Shown in pieces: positions 46,240 through 61,100 of a DNA stretch of 64,000 nucleotides. The notes under the pieces are model-generated. The model saw only the letters and a list, made by a program, of their open reading frames with translations, had not been told where the DNA came from and did no database searches. This stretch comes from Eukaryota sp. GEM-RC1. Its lineage: Eukaryota. The translations under genes and the position numbers were made by a program. The stretch is from contig JAUFOQ010000005.1 of assembly GCA_040285855.1 (NCBI GenBank), positions 868,001 through 932,000 on the forward strand. Reading direction: 5' to 3'. Position 1 is the first letter of the stretch. Each line of letters begins with the position of its first letter.

Positions 46240-49200
46240 GTTTTAACAATGTGCAAGATTTGTCAAAATTCATTTGGTGATGACATTCGTCAACAGCATA
46301 AGAGTCTAGTACCACGATTTCTGCAAAATATTGGATAGTTTGGAAATTAAATTCAACATATTGATCAGCGAACTCTAACGCAACTTGATGATGGGAGAAA
46401 CTGAATATAGAACTAGTTGAAAATGCTAAACTATTCCGAAATAATTCAAAATTAGTAAAACTAAAGGAAGAAGATACAACTGATAAATTACCAGTACATT
46501 CGACAATAAACCCAATAAAGTCTACACAGATTACTGGTAAAGAAATATTAAATGTATAAGAGTATATTTCCAGATATTCCTGAACAAATACCAATTCAAC
46601 AGCTTTACCAGGGGTGAAAGTAATAGTAAATGGAGCTTGAGAATGGAAACAATTAGGTGAAATTAGATACATCGAATAAGAGAGATGAGGTGCAGTAATA
46701 AGATGAGAAGTCATTGAGATTGAGTTTTTAAATTGTTCAATATTAGTTTATGTCTCATTCCCCAACTTTAATTGAATAGTTTCTTCAATTTCTTCTCCCA
46801 ATGATGTAATTCCTTTGTTAATATCAACAAGAGTTAGACAAGTATATGACTGATAACCGTAAAACTCCAACTCTAAAAGAAACACGTCATGTCGAGGAAT
46901 TAAAACAATTTCATTTACTTCTGGAATAACATTATCTATTCCACACATCAAAGCAAAGGAAAATCCACTGGGAATTTGTTTACAAGAAAAAGATGGGGAA
47001 AGACTTTGATTGTTGACCATCAGTTCAAAAGGTAGATCAAAATCAAAATCTCCACAACTGGAATTTGTCGTGATTACAACGTGAAAAATGTCAACAGAAG
47101 TATTAAATTGGACTGAAATATTTTGGCTAGATTTCCAAAACTCTGAGCAAAATGACACGTCAACATTGCAGCAGCGAGATCCATCAAAGACCAGATCATT
47201 CAAAATATTTGTAGTATATCGTGAATTTTGAATTAGAGGATGATGAGAGTCGAGTAAGAAACACATCTCCTCAAGAAAGGCTTCTCCTTGGACAGAAAAA
47301 GAGTTGATGAACAAATCATTGGAATAGACATTGACTGGAACAATGACCTGAAAAGTAGAAATAATTAAATTTTTGCAAATAATTGTGGAATTTGAAACTG
47401 ATGCAAAAAATGAATTATCACCAACGACACACTTAAACTGAGAGATTAGAGGTCCACTGAAGTCAGCATGAATATCACGATGTTCATAAACACTGACGTG
47501 ATTTGAGCTTGTGAAGTCGGTATTGAATATTTTAATATCACCAATAATTTGATTTTTAAATCCAACATGTTTCCAAGTCCATTGCAAATCGCTCTCACCT
47601 AATGAGAATCTAAATGAAGAAATGTTAAATGCATAAGTATATGAAAACGGAAATACCGCAAATTCATTGAACGCAAAAGTAATTTGATCGTAAAAAACCA
47701 AAGAATTGGTTATTTGAAATTCAGAAAATAAAGGACACTGAGCAAGAATGGAAATCCGGACAATCACATCATCAACTGTTGAAAACAACAAAGATGAAGC
47801 AAAGTCAAATGTAGGTGGAAACACATTCTGACGAATTAACTCAAAAAAAAGGCAGTTTCTAAATATTGAACTAAAAATTGAAAGACCAACTCTCCTTGAT
47901 TCGAACTATAGAAGCTGAAATTGAGAGATCCTAGTAGTGATCCATGGTCTAAAATTTCACAATTAGAAATACACTCAACATCAAGATAATAATCAATTTG
48001 ATTGAAGTCGATACTAAAGAAATGATAAAGATCAATTTCAAAATGGTCCGGTAACTGACCGGCAATCAAATCAGTAATAAAACTGACATTCATTAACTGA
48101 GTTGATTGATGTAACGTGATAAAGGAATCATCATCGAATAACTGAAGAACATTAGAACCTGTTGTTAGCTTCAAAGATTGTCTTCCATGAGAGACGAAAA
48201 CATTTGAAATTGGCTGTAAAAGAAAAAATTCCATTCATGAATCAAATTGTACGATTGGGGGAATCATGAGATAATTTCCCACTTCAAATTCCAAATTCAA
48301 GTAGAAAGTTGAAGCTTGTGTATCTATTCCTAGACTTGCAAAGGAGCCATTAGAAATTATTAAAATTTCAAAAATTACGATATTGTCGTGAACTTCACAA
48401 AATTGAGAAGTTAATTCTCCAAATATAAAACTACTTTCAATAGCTGAGTACTCGTAGAAATGAATTCCTTCAACTTCCAGCGAAATTTCATGAACAAAAC
48501 TAGACTCAAACCACTGAATAAATCGAGGAGAAATTGAATTGGGTAAGACAATAAAAGGTAAGTTAAAGATAGGATAACAGCCGGCATCACTACATAATTC
48601 TAAATCATCAGGATATCCAGCTAATATAGAAATAAACTCAATGTGAGCAAGAGACGGAGATGCTTGAAAATTGTAAATTTGAATAGAATTTGGAAGACTG
48701 GGAGTGATTTGGAAGTCATCCATTGAAACCTCACCATTTAGACTATAAACATATATTCCACAGCGCTGGTCGACAAAACAGACTGATGAAGTATTATGAG
48801 CTTCTAATGACGTGATTGGAATTGATAGAATAAGAGAAATCCCAGAAGTAAATTGCACTTCAGTAATAAATTGACTAAGACCAGCTATTGTACCAGTAGA
48901 AATAGTAAGTTCGTCAGTCGTTACTTGCTCCAATTGAGATGCATAACCAGACATTTGAATAGTAGAATTGCCAAAACAGTCAAACATTTTGCCAAAATTT
49001 GTCCCAAATAATCTTAAAATATTTCCAGCTGGTGAAAGTACAAATGGGAAAAAGTTATGTCTTGGAGCTGCTAAATGAAGTTGAAAAACATTACTGGTTT
49101 GATTTCCAATTATTACATAAACATTGAAAATATTACTCTCAACTGAACAAACGTAAGGAATATAATGACCAATTTCTTCATGAGAATGATTTGCCACACG

Positions 49201-49899
49201 TGTTGAAGAAATATCAGAAACTAAAGATGAAAACTCGAAACTTGTTGAAAAATCCTGACCAATGATTGAAAGCTCTCCGTTCAAAAAGAATGGATAAGGA
49301 GAAACAAAAGAAATGAAAGGCTTTTTGAAGCAGTAAGTAAAGGAAATTATTGAAGAATCTGTGGATCTAGATATCACCATTTCATGACAACCTTGACCTT
49401 CAAAAAAGTATAGATTTGAACTATTATGATTGTTTGAAGAATATTCAAGACTTTGATTGATCAATGCAGTTGAATGATGAATAACAATAGGATCTAACCC
49501 AAGATTAAAAGCAAACAGAGGTACAAATCCACCTCTAGTTGGAGGTTCTAGACTAACAAACTCAATAGGACAAATAGGAATGAATAAGTGATGAAATGAA
49601 AAGATTTTAGGAATAGTTAAATTGAAGTATATTGAATTGTTCTGTGGATTGAAAGAAATAATATCACTCAAAAAGAATTCCAGAGAATTCAATCGGAATT
49701 TGTGAGAAAAATGATTCCTATTAGAGACTGATAGATTCAAAAATTCTGACAGATGTCCGACATTTTTAAATAGTACAGAGACGTGACAAAGAGACGTATT
49801 ACAGCAGAGGTTGGATGGAGAAATTGAAATATTTAACAATATTTCAGAAAGATCTAGGAATGGGTCGTTCCCATGAAGAAAGTGCCGGTTAATTGAAGC
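46235..49899 (-). pseudogene. 3' part of giant surface-protein gene (IPT/TIG-like and beta-sandwich segments)
   Basis: ORFs 48235-49839, 47836-48234, 46748-47824 and 46235-46714 are contiguous. IPT/TIG-like motifs (PPTRGG, KPFISFVSP, LSIIGQDF, LRLFGTNFG). In frame with the part beyond the hAT insertion. Confidence 0.65.
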
Positions 49900-52102
49900 C
49901 AGGGACTGTCAAAAATATATTGCAATATATTGCAGGGCCAAAAAGATTTGCAATACAGTATTGCAATACTGCAATATATTGCAATAATTGGAAGCAATAT
50001 AAATAATGTTGAGTAAATTATTTATTGTACTCATTCCATCAATAACTCATAACATCATCACTAGGCATCATCCAAGTTGACTAGTTTCTGATTAACCATC
50101 TTGCGAACCAAACTAATGTCCCAAAACTCTCTGTTCACAGAAAGAAATAGTTGATTGGCCAGTCTTCGATCAGATAAGTTGTGTCGTGACAACCCTTGCG
50201 CCATTCGAGCTTTACTGAACAGTCGTTCTACAACATTTGAAGTTGCTGGGATGAACTTTAAATTGCAGTAACCTACTGTTTCACCTCTCATTCGAGTAAA
50301 GACATCTTGAACAGAGGAAACAGGTCCAGGTCGTTCGTCAATTTCTTCCTCTCCATCATCATCACTATCACTACTCACATTATTTACGATTACTTCACCA
50401 TCTAAAGATGACGACAATCGAGATTGACCAGCAACTGTTTCAATTTCATGTTCTTTAAAACACTTAACCATAATTTCTTCCTCATCTGAAAGACTCAACC
50501 CTTCATTCTTCAAGATTTTCAGCACTGCTGATTCGAAGATGAATTGATTGGGTGGACATCGTGGAGCATCTACTGCGGGATACACAAGCTGATTTTTCAT
50601 CTCTTGATTTGCATTATATTGGCAAAATACGAGCATTGCTGATTTAAACAAATGCTCAGCATCCAATAAATTAGAATTCTCCTTTTGCAATTGAAGACTG
50701 ACAAATTGTAATTCCTTCATATGATACATTAATTGAATAATCCTCGTTTCTTCAGCGAAACTTGGAAGTAAATCAATCAGTTCATCGTCTTCAACCTCAT
50801 TGAGCATCTGACCGATGGGTAATTTAAGTTCTAAGAATCTTTTTAACATGTCATGAGTTGAATACCATCTAGTAACATTACGTTGCTTTGGAGCTAACTT
50901 TGTGTAATTACGGAAAATGGTAATTCGCTTCGGTTCTCTGAGAAGTTTCATCACACTGTTTACCCGATCCAATAAAGCATCCAAAGGCCGAATGAAGGCA
51001 GTCACAGCCAACTGAAATCTGTGTGAGGCACAACCTACGAATCCACAGTTTAGAAGTTTTGACAGTGCCTTCATTGTAGAACAATTATCAGCGACAATAA
51101 ATATAATATTTTTTCTTTCTTTGCTATATTCCAGAAGCAGTTCATCTACTATTCTGGCAATGTCTTCAGCTCCAAACAATACACTGTTAACTGATCGCCC
51201 TTCTTCTGCACTGAATGGTACAAATTTCAATAAAACAGGTTTTTCTAGTTGTTCACATGAACCAAAAATGCCCAAGAATTGTAGTTTTGAATTTGGGTGT
51301 TGCCAAGAGTCTATCACTAACCCAAAACAGGATCCAAGTTTTACAGAGATTTCAGCCACTAATACGGCTTTCATGTTGTCAAAGCATTGCATAAAAGTGT
51401 TGTACGCAATCGGTTTTAACTTTGTGTATTCAAGAGTACAGTCATTTTGAACAAATGAAAACGGCAAACCGTCAGTAATGACCCAGTCAAGCCAAGAGAA
51501 ATATCTACGACACTTTTCGGATGTGTAAACTCTGTCTATGGGCAAGTTTTGCTCCTTTTGGCGAAGCAGGGTCCATGTTTCAATCATGTAATCCGTGTGC
51601 TGCCCAGGAACGTGAGATGCGAGATTAGTCCAACCCGAGTTGGGCTGCTTTGTTCGCAGAACTCCGCAGACACATTTCCAAAGTTGTGCTGTTTCAGGAT
51701 TTTTGATCTTAGAGTTTTGAAAGAATTCCACTGATTGAGTTGAGTCCCGGGAGATAGGAGTAAAGTAGGCTTTCGCCATCTGTTCTCGAGTGGGACGAGA
51801 AGGAAGAGCCATGTAAGATGATGTGACGAATGATATCAGATTTACATTTGTTTGTCAGATCTAGACAGATGCTACATTGTACTAGTAGTAAGGACTTCAA
51901 ATTGTACAGCAACAAAAAAACCACTATACTGTGTTAAATTCCTTTCAAGTAACAGAGAAAAAATTGGTTTAAAAATATTGTTCAAAATTGAAATTATTGC
52001 AATATATTGCAATACAAAATGAGGCTGCAATACAGTATTGCAATACACAATACACAGTATTGCAATTATTGCAAAAGTGCAATATATTTTTGACAGTCCC
52101 TG
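49900..52102 (-). mobile_element. Complete autonomous hAT transposon (2203 bp)
   Basis: Perfect 25-bp TIRs CAGGGACTGTCAAAAATATATTGCA (49900-49924, 52078-52102), perfect 8-bp TSD ATTGAAGC (49892-99, 52103-10), TATTGCAATA subterminal palindromes, intact transposase. Confidence 0.96.
50061..51812 (-). CDS. hAT-family DDE transposase, 583 aa
   Basis: BED-like WKCVC...TNLASHVPGQH, LPFSFV, LVIDSW, VADNCS, CASH (CxxH), TRWYS, ATSNVVERLFSKA. Confidence 0.95.
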   Translation of the reverse strand: MALPSRPTREQMAKAYFTPISRDSTQSVEFFQNSKIKNPETAQLWKCVCGVLRTKQPNSGWTNLASHVPGQHTDYMIETWTLLRQKEQNLPIDRVYTSEKCRRYFSWLDWVITDGLPFSFVQNDCTLEYTKLKPIAYNTFMQCFDNMKAVLVAEISVKLGSCFGLVIDSWQHPNSKLQFLGIFGSCEQLEKPVLLKFVPFSAEEGRSVNSVLFGAEDIARIVDELLLEYSKERKNIIFIVADNCSTMKALSKLLNCGFVGCASHRFQLAVTAFIRPLDALLDRVNSVMKLLREPKRITIFRNYTKLAPKQRNVTRWYSTHDMLKRFLELKLPIGQMLNEVEDDELIDLLPSFAEETRIIQLMYHMKELQFVSLQLQKENSNLLDAEHLFKSAMLVFCQYNANQEMKNQLVYPAVDAPRCPPNQFIFESAVLKILKNEGLSLSDEEEIMVKCFKEHEIETVAGQSRLSSSLDGEVIVNNVSSDSDDDGEEEIDERPGPVSSVQDVFTRMRGETVGYCNLKFIPATSNVVERLFSKARMAQGLSRHNLSDRRLANQLFLSVNREFWDISLVRKMVNQKLVNLDDA

Positions 52103-55100
52103 ATTGAAGCAAATTTTGAAATAATTGGATATCCAAAAGAGAATGTAATTGAGGAATTTTGAGCTGTTAGAGAGGATAAGAATAGAACTTCTGTTGAATT
52201 AGTCAGGATAACAGATGAGTTAGTGATTTCAAAGTCTGATTTAAAAACTGTTTGGTAGGAGCAACCAGAAAATTGGAAATTATTAAATTCCAACGCAGCA
52301 TTAATAATAATGAAGTAAGACTCAAATTCATCAGAAGTAGAAAGTGCCTTACAAGTTTGAACAGAAATTTCGTCAAAATTAACATGAGAATTAGAAATAT
52401 GAATAAAGATACAGATTCAAAGAAATTAACAGATAATTGGGAAATAGAAAGATAACAATCAGATACTTCAAACAGTGTTAATGACTCAATATCTTGAATA
52501 GTCCAAAGGTGAAGTGAACAAGAAGAATTATAGAGCGCTAAAAAAGAGTCAATCAGAGTTAAACTTTCAAATAGTGAGTTATCTGACGTGAAAACAGTAT
52601 CACTGAGGTTGAATGCACAATACAAAACAATATTGGAAAATGTACCATTGCTAAACGTCATATTTGAATTAAATGAATGAATTAAATGATGAGTTACGAG
52701 ATTATTGAAAACAAAACCAGAAGCAGTGACATTTGATGAAATAAAATGAAATAAATTGAAATTTCCAGAAGTAGACTTCTCATCAATAGAAGGGTGAGTA
52801 TATTCAGTTGATCTAGCTAATCTAACATCTTGAATAATCACGTCACTGTTGAAGGAATAAAGAACTCCACTTGAAATAATGGAAAAGTTACCATTAGATA
52901 GAGTAAAACTTGAAGAAATTAAGTCAAACAGTATATCAGATGAAGAGAGCGCAATTTGAAAATTCAAAAGGAAATCTCACTATCACGTGCTGTGATGATC
53001 GGAAGATTGATGACGTCAGCGTAGAAGTTTGTCAGTAAAAATTGGGAACCATAAATGTTGAATACGTAATAAATTATTGGTTGAGAGAATGAATTGTTTA
53101 AAATTTCTACATAGTTCAATTCAATTGAACTGTATGAAGCTTGAAAAAGAACACTTAAATTACAATTAGTAAAACTTAAAGAAGTTGAATTCATTGAAGA
53201 ATTTGCTATGGCGGCAAATTCAGTATTGATAATAGTGGTTTCAACGGCAAACATAGACAACGCAATAATAGAATCCTTAGATACGAGAACCGAATTGGTG
53301 GTTGCTCTTGATATAATAAATTCATAACAGTAAAGCTCAGATAAATCTAACGTGATGACACTCGTGACGTTAGCATTTATAGTAGTCACGTTTTCAAATC
53401 TGAAGACAGAGGATGCGAGACTAATAAAGGTGTCACTTGAATTAACAAATTGAATAACTGAATCAGAAATTGATCCATTAGAATTATTGAAGAACATGAA
53501 GTTGGTACTCCTGATACGATCCAAAAGTAACAAATGGACTGTAAGAGTTGACGACGTCACAGATACTGTTGAAGTATCAGACTGTGAATGGAAATTAGAG
53601 ATAATAAGATTTGAAAAGGTTGAATTGGTAGAATTAATCGAAATCAAACAACCAGCGTTGAAATTCAGGATGCTCAGTACATTAAAATTAATAGATGATT
53701 CGCAGGAGATAAGAAATGGAGATGTTAGTTGATCAACATTGAACTGTGTGGCCTTAAGAGTGGAACCAAGAACTTTAATTAAAGAATTATTGGTATCAAA
53801 AGGACCAGAAATATCAATACCGTGAACACTAACAGTACTATAAGACATATTGAACAAGGAGTTTGTTAGGCAATTGGATGAGCCAAGCTCAACAGAAAAG
53901 AGATCAAAACGTGATCCGATAATCTGGAAAAATTCAAATATTTGTGAATCAGTCACATTTAAGTTGTCTACTTGTATCACAGTCTCCACGGATTTAACCA
54001 ATATATTCGAAATTGTTGAGTTATGTACGTCCATAGTACCTATATCGATATCTGACATTGCCGTCATCAGAAATGATTGAGTGAAAATATCGGATATTTT
54101 AGTATTGATTAGATTCAAAGTTGAGTTGTTGGAGTATATAGTACCGTCAGTAATAACATTGAAGACGAGTGAGAAATCAATTGAACATGAACTTGAATCT
54201 GATAAATTAAGAATTGCGAAAGAATAAATATTAGTGAAAGAACATGAATTAAAGGTTACTTCAGTAGTTTTTGCATCAATAAGCGACACAGCTTTAATAG
54301 TATCAAACTCAACATCGTCAAAGCTAGCAGAAGAATTAACAAATAAAATCATATCTAAATCAACAGTGAAACTAGAAAAAATAGAACTTCTGAGGAATAA
54401 AGAAGAATCAAAGATAAAACCAATTGAAGGAGAATTAATACTATCAAACGAAGTATTAGAAAGATAAACTTCAGTGTAAATGAATTCAAAAAGAGTACAA
54501 TTAAGAAACTCGAAGACAAGAAGATCACCCTCTAATTTAGAATTACTTAAAGTAATTAACGGAAACTCATTAGGGGTTAACAAATGAAGGAATTTCACAT
54601 CACGGAAAACAACTTCTGATACGTAACCAATCAAAAATGAATTAAACAAAGTGATGTTGGAGGCGAAACTTAAATCAATCAAAGTAAATTTCGAATCGTT
54701 TAAATAACAAACGGTTTCAAACAATACGTCTGCAACTTCAATCGTTTTGACTGTGATTTCAGAACTGTCAGCTTTAAATAGTGATTGAGACGAATCCACT
54801 CTATCAAAAGAACTATTTTGTAAGGAAAATGAAGAAGCAATTGAAATAATGAAGTGTTGGAGGTTAACATTGCTGAAAAGGGAATGTGAGATAATAAATG
54901 ATGGATTATTGATAACGAAAAGAGAATTTGCAGAAATCAAAGAAAACACTGACCTTTCAATTGTTACATTAGATAGAATATCTGCAGAGACTAGTATTTG
55001 GGCATCAATAGAATGGAAACTGCTATCTAAGATAAGTAAATTAGAATTAGAAATGTTGAAAGACACATTTGCATTTGACAATGAAAATTCGGACACGACC

Positions 55101-58100
55101 GCTGACGAATCAGTTAGAGAAAATGACGAACACTCAATCGCGGATAAATAGAGATCAACAGCTGACAATTCTGAGTGATTGAATACAAACAAATGATCAG
55201 AGGCAACACGTACATTAGTAATAATGATTGAGCTCAATCTAACTGTGCTAAGTTCTGAATACATATATAACTTATCAATTCTCAAGGTATCATCGTTCAA
55301 GTGGGAAACGGTAAAATTACTATTAAAGATCTCAAAAACTGAAAAAGCATTAACCTTAGTCAGGGAAGTAGCATTAAATCTCATAGACACATCGTCTATA
55401 TAAAAGAGTGAAGTAAACGAAGAGTTTTCAATAACCAAATTGTCCACAGAACCATTACAATGCAGACATGTTAAGAGTAAGTCCATACTGCAGTGAGTTA
55501 GTATAAATGAAGAAAGATCTAAATGAGAATCAAAAGCATTGAAGAGGGAAGAACCAAAGATATTTGAAATATCAACCGCTTGTATTATCGTACACGTAGA
55601 CTCAATAAAGAATACATTGTGATAGATTTCCCCTAACTTCAAGTCATTTAAAACAAAAATTCCTCCAACTATGTTGAATAAATAGCCATCACTTGGAAGT
55701 ATTTGAATCTTCATTAATTTGGTAAAGATTTAAAACGTGAAGGGTGGAATTAGTACACGTAGTAAGCATAAATCCAGTAGTTAAAATTGAATCAAAAACT
55801 GTAATAGTATGAAGCTCTAGAGTGGAGTCAGAAAGATCAAAAACACGTTGTGTAATCAAATTTGACATAATGACCTCATGTACATGAATGACTGAAGTAG
55901 AACCATCAAGAACTGATGAACTATTCAGACCAACAGAATGAAAAGAAGAAACAAACAGGTGGACGTTTGTTGTTTGGAAAAGAACTTTGAAACTGGAAAG
56001 TACTACAGAAATATTAAATAATGAAATATTGGAATTGATAACAAGAAGACCCATCTCTGCTTTAATATAAGACAGATCAATATCTTTAATGATGGAACTT
56101 TCCACTTCTTTTAAGAGAAACACTGGTCCTGATAAATCTGAAATATTTAAATTTGTGGACACAAGAGATCCCCCTGATAAATTGAAGAATCCAGATACAC
56201 TGTCAAATTGAGTTGAATTGCATGAAAATGAAGCAATACTTATAGAGGAATCAGTTGAGGAGAGAAAGGTATAAATGATTGTCATTCGCTCCAAAATAAA
56301 AATCATACAGTTCGACGACTGAATTGTAAACGTGAAACACACGTGATATGGTCATGTTAGACAAAATGAAGTCTGAGAACAATAATTCATCTTCAGTCAA
56401 CGTAAACACTTGAGTAACAGTGGCACTCTCGAAGAACAGCCGTTGAAATGTTCCAACAGATTGCATTGAGTGTAGAAATTTATCAACAGTGGAGTGGTAA
56501 ACTGTAAAATCGTTGCACTCTAAAGTTGTCTTCTGGGCTAGAATCACAGTCTCTAAATAACTGTCATACATATCTAAAAAATTGACAGTGAAGACATCTA
56601 CTTCGATCAACTGAAAAATAGTTTCAGATGCATCGAAGATGTCCAAAAACTGTACAGAAAAATTACCTTTGAGAATATCAAAACAAGTGTCACAAGTTAC
56701 ATTGGAAAGGGTCATTTCCTTCAACTCAATTAGACTATTTACTGATTCAAGCAATGACTTACAATTGATATCTTGAAAGACCGATTTCTGAAAATCAATC
56801 TTTGAATTTGAGACAAAAAAGACAGAGTTTAAGGAATTGAAACTAAGTAGATTGAAATCATTTAACATTATTTCAGCAGTTTCAGCTAATAGAAACTGAT
56901 CAAAACTGATTGATGACGGAATTATGAAATGATTCATAATAAATACGCTTGATTTGATTGAAAAGATGATTGAAGTGGCCACAGACTCAAAAGACAGTCC
57001 ATTTTGACTTATTTCACTTTCAGTCAGATCAAAAACAGCAAAGGTAAAGTTAGAATTTGAACAAAATGAATGAAATAAAGTGATGTCAGACTTTCTTAAC
57101 TGGAATAAAGATGATGACTCAATATTTGAAAAAGTGTTGTAAGCAACATCCAACTGATTCTTCTCTAGAATAAAAACGGAATCCTGAAAAGAGCCAGAAA
57201 CACTAACATTTTCTAAAACTAATTGAGAATTACTAGACCTTAATAAACTGGATGAATTCGACTCGAAGCTACAATTTGATAGAAAAACTGTAGATGTATC
57301 AACCAGTAATGTATCATCACCAACTTCATGATAGATATTTGAATGAATTAATTCGAAAGTTGAGTCAACAACAGAAAAACAAAGGGGAGCACTACAAAGA
57401 ACATCAACGTTTGAAAGAGAAAGGTTGGAGCGTACAATTTCAAATAAAGTAGCATCCATTCCTTCAATGATGACGTCACCCATACCAATCACTTCCCAAT
57501 CAACATATTTTAATTTCCCCAATTCTTGATGAAATAAATAATTACCTTGATGTAAATAAACCTTCCCTTTCGGTCCCATTCTTTTTAAAATTCCTTTAAA
57601 AGAAGCACAAGGGCAATTAAAACTTCCACAACAAGGATCATCATAACCAGTGGTAGAAATGTAAGAAACGCGGTTTAAGTTCGCAATAAAATCATTTACA
57701 GAGACAATCAGGGAAGTTTTTGAATAAACAGTAGTAATAAGAGAAGCACACGGATTAATAATTGTACTGAATCTTCCATTAATTTGACCAGATTCTACAA
57801 GTGTATAATTACTACCAGTTGAATCATACTGTGTATCAAAATCTATCACTAATATTCCATCTAAATAAGCAGTTGAACCAACAATTAGTTGAGTCGAACT
57901 ATCATTTTTGATTTGAAGAGAGACGATAGAAAAAGGAGCAAGAGAAAGATTGTCGTTAAAAGTGAAGGTTGATGAAGGATGAATTATTCCAGAGTTTTCA
58001 AAATTGGTATCAATAGTACCAAATCGGGTTAGATTTTGAAAATCAAATAATTTAAAAAGATTTTCTGAAAGAAAAGTTGCATCAACAAAAATCAATTTGT

Positions 58101-61100
58101 CATTGAAAATGAGAGTTACATCTGATAAGTGTACATCATTTCTCATCACAACATCGGCATGACACCTAATAGACCCACTAGAAGAAGATTGGAACTGTGA
58201 AACTGACACGTCATCAAGAATCACGTGACTGAAACAATCAAAAGATTGCGTTAATTGCACTGAGCCGCTGATTGAGAAATTACTTAATGATTCTTGACCA
58301 GCCAAAGAAGATGAGAAATTGCCGGAATTAATTTGAGCATGAGTTTCGATTGACAGCGGCGAATTTCCGAGTATTTGACAATGAAAACAAGAGAAATAAC
58401 CAACAATTATTTGAGTATCAGATGGTGATTCAAAAGTTGAAAAAGATAAATCTAAGACGTCTATATTATCAAAGTCAAAATCGTTCTGAAAACGACTGTT
58501 GACAGCAATCAATCTAATTGTCGAGGATGAGATGCTAGTTGAATCGTCGTAATAGAGCTCACTTGAGTTTAAAGTTAAGGTTAAATAATCGGAAAGAATT
58601 TCAGAGTTTTGACTTAAGGTCATTATTGACTCACTGTGAAGTGCGACGTTCTTTAAATTTTTAAAAATAACGTTATTTGACTGTAGAGTCGATGAAAGTA
58701 AGGAAAGTGAACTAATGTAAAATTGAGATGATCTAAACTCCACGTTTGAATCAACAAATGAAAGGTGTCCTTGTCCCAAAATACCTTGATCAATATCAAA
58801 ATTTAATTGTTCAATTTCGTCAAGAGTAAGAGTTTTGGTAAAGAACTGAACTGCACGAATTCTTCCTTTGAACCTACTAGAAGATCCTTCAATTTCTGAA
58901 AGAGGGAAGTAAGAGGGAATATCATTAAAGCATTCATAAGGAGAAGTCCTTCGTAAAAAAGAGTCGTAATTACCATCAACATAAACATGAGCTGTTGACT
59001 GATCAAAAGTAATGACCAAGTGGAACCATTCTTCAAGCGGAAGGGAAATACGAGTAGAACCGACACCACCCCACAGAAGAGAAGTTGTTGTTATATAAAA
59101 AGCACAGGAATTATCCAAATCAAAGCCAATTCCACCTTCTTCAAAGTAGATCCACAGAGAAATTGAAGCCTCTCTCCATCCAAACTCTCCAGGAATATTT
59201 GGAATATGGAGAGTTAAATCCGGTTGGACGTCTAAATAACCACCAATATCGTCAGTTTTCCACTTTGGTCCATCAATTATAATATCACTAGAATCGTGGT
59301 TTCCAGAAAGGTCAATTCGATTAGATGACGTAACCCAGTTATAATACAAAAATAAGTCTGGATGTAAGTAAAGATCAGACTCTTCAATTTGAGTAGTACT
59401 ATTTTTCAGAACCAACTCACCATGAACAAGAATGACAGTCATATTAATTGTACTTGAGTTTTTGAAAAGTCTCATTATCGAATCTTTTTCGACAGCAATA
59501 ATACCAGTACTTTGAACTGGTAACAATGACGTAAGAGAACAGTGAGAAGTTAACTGCAGTTGACTGGGAACTTCAAGTAAACTTTCATCAATAGATGATG
59601 AATCAATAATAAGTTCTGAACCAGGAAAACAAGTAGCAGAAACAGTAAGTAAACTGAGATGAGTAAGTGAAAAGTGAGAGAATTATTGAAATACATTTCT
59701 TTTCAATAATTAGATATTCCAAAGGCCAAGTTTTAGAATCTCCATAGAGAAATAGACCCTTCAAAGTAAGGATTTCAGGAGAAAACAAATCGCCATCAAA
59801 CCAATGAAAGTTACTTACAACGAGAGATGCATTAGTAATAATAGATGAAGTATTTGTAAGATAAAGAGAATCAACGACAAGTTTAGATTCAGAACCAGAC
59901 GCGGTATAGTAAAGCTCACTCACATAAAGCTCAATTGATTTTTAATTCAGTAGACCAATGATCCAAGTAAATGGTTGATGAAACCAGTGAAATCTTTTGA
60001 ACTCCAAAGGTATGAGAAGAAATCATCATTTCCAAGTTGACTAAAGAGAGTTTTCCTTGACCCCAGATACGAGCATGAAGATCAAACGTTAATAAATTGA
60101 TTTCAAAAGTTGTTAAAGTCTTGGTGAAAAGCTGAACTGCGCGAATCCTTCCTTGAAAAATATCATACTGTGAATCGTGTTCTGAAAGCCAAAAAAAAAG
60201 AGTTAGGGGCACTATCACATCTATATCTTCTGAGCAATTCAGGAGTAAAAGAACCATGGTATTTACCATCAACATAAACACGTGCTTCTGCGTGATCAAA
60301 AGTAATGACCAAGTGGAACCATTTGTGAAGAGGGAGTGTTGAAATAAGTACCCATCCTTGACCCCAGCTTAAACTACCTGAATGTATATGGAACCTACAA
60401 GTAAAATCTTCCCCATTAAACCCAATAATTCCCGTTTCCCAGTAAATCCAAACAGAAATAGAGGCACCTACCCAACCTTGAGTTCCAGGAATATTTGGAA
60501 TATGGAGAGTATCACCGAGTTTGATTTCTAAATAACCACCAATATCGTCAGTTTTCCACTCTGGTCCATGAATTAGAATATCACTAGAATCGTGGTTTCC
60601 AGAAAGGTCAATTCGATTAGATGACGTAACCCAATTATAATACAAAAATAAGTCTGGATGTAAGTAAAGATCAGACTCTTCAAAAGTAATATTACTGTGC
60701 CTTAGTTCTAACTCGCCTTTTGGGAAAACGATGGTCTTATTAGTGGTACTAAAGTCTTTGTAAAGAGTCATGACAGAGTCATTTGCAACAATAATAATCC
60801 CTGTACTTTGCACTGGTAAGAGTGAAGTAAGTGAACAATTAGAAGTTAAATGAATCTGATACTCAATATCAAGTAAACCTTTATCAAAAGATGATGAATC
60901 AATAACAAGTTCTGAACCAGGAAAACAAGTAGCAGAAACAGCAAGTAAATTGAGATGAGTAAGTGAAAAAGTGAGAGAATTATTGAAATACATTTCTTTT
61001 CAATAATTAGATATTCCAAAGGCCAAGTTTTAGAATCTCCATAGAGAAATAGACCCTTCAAAGTAAGGATTTCAGGAGAGAACAAATCGCCATCAAACCA

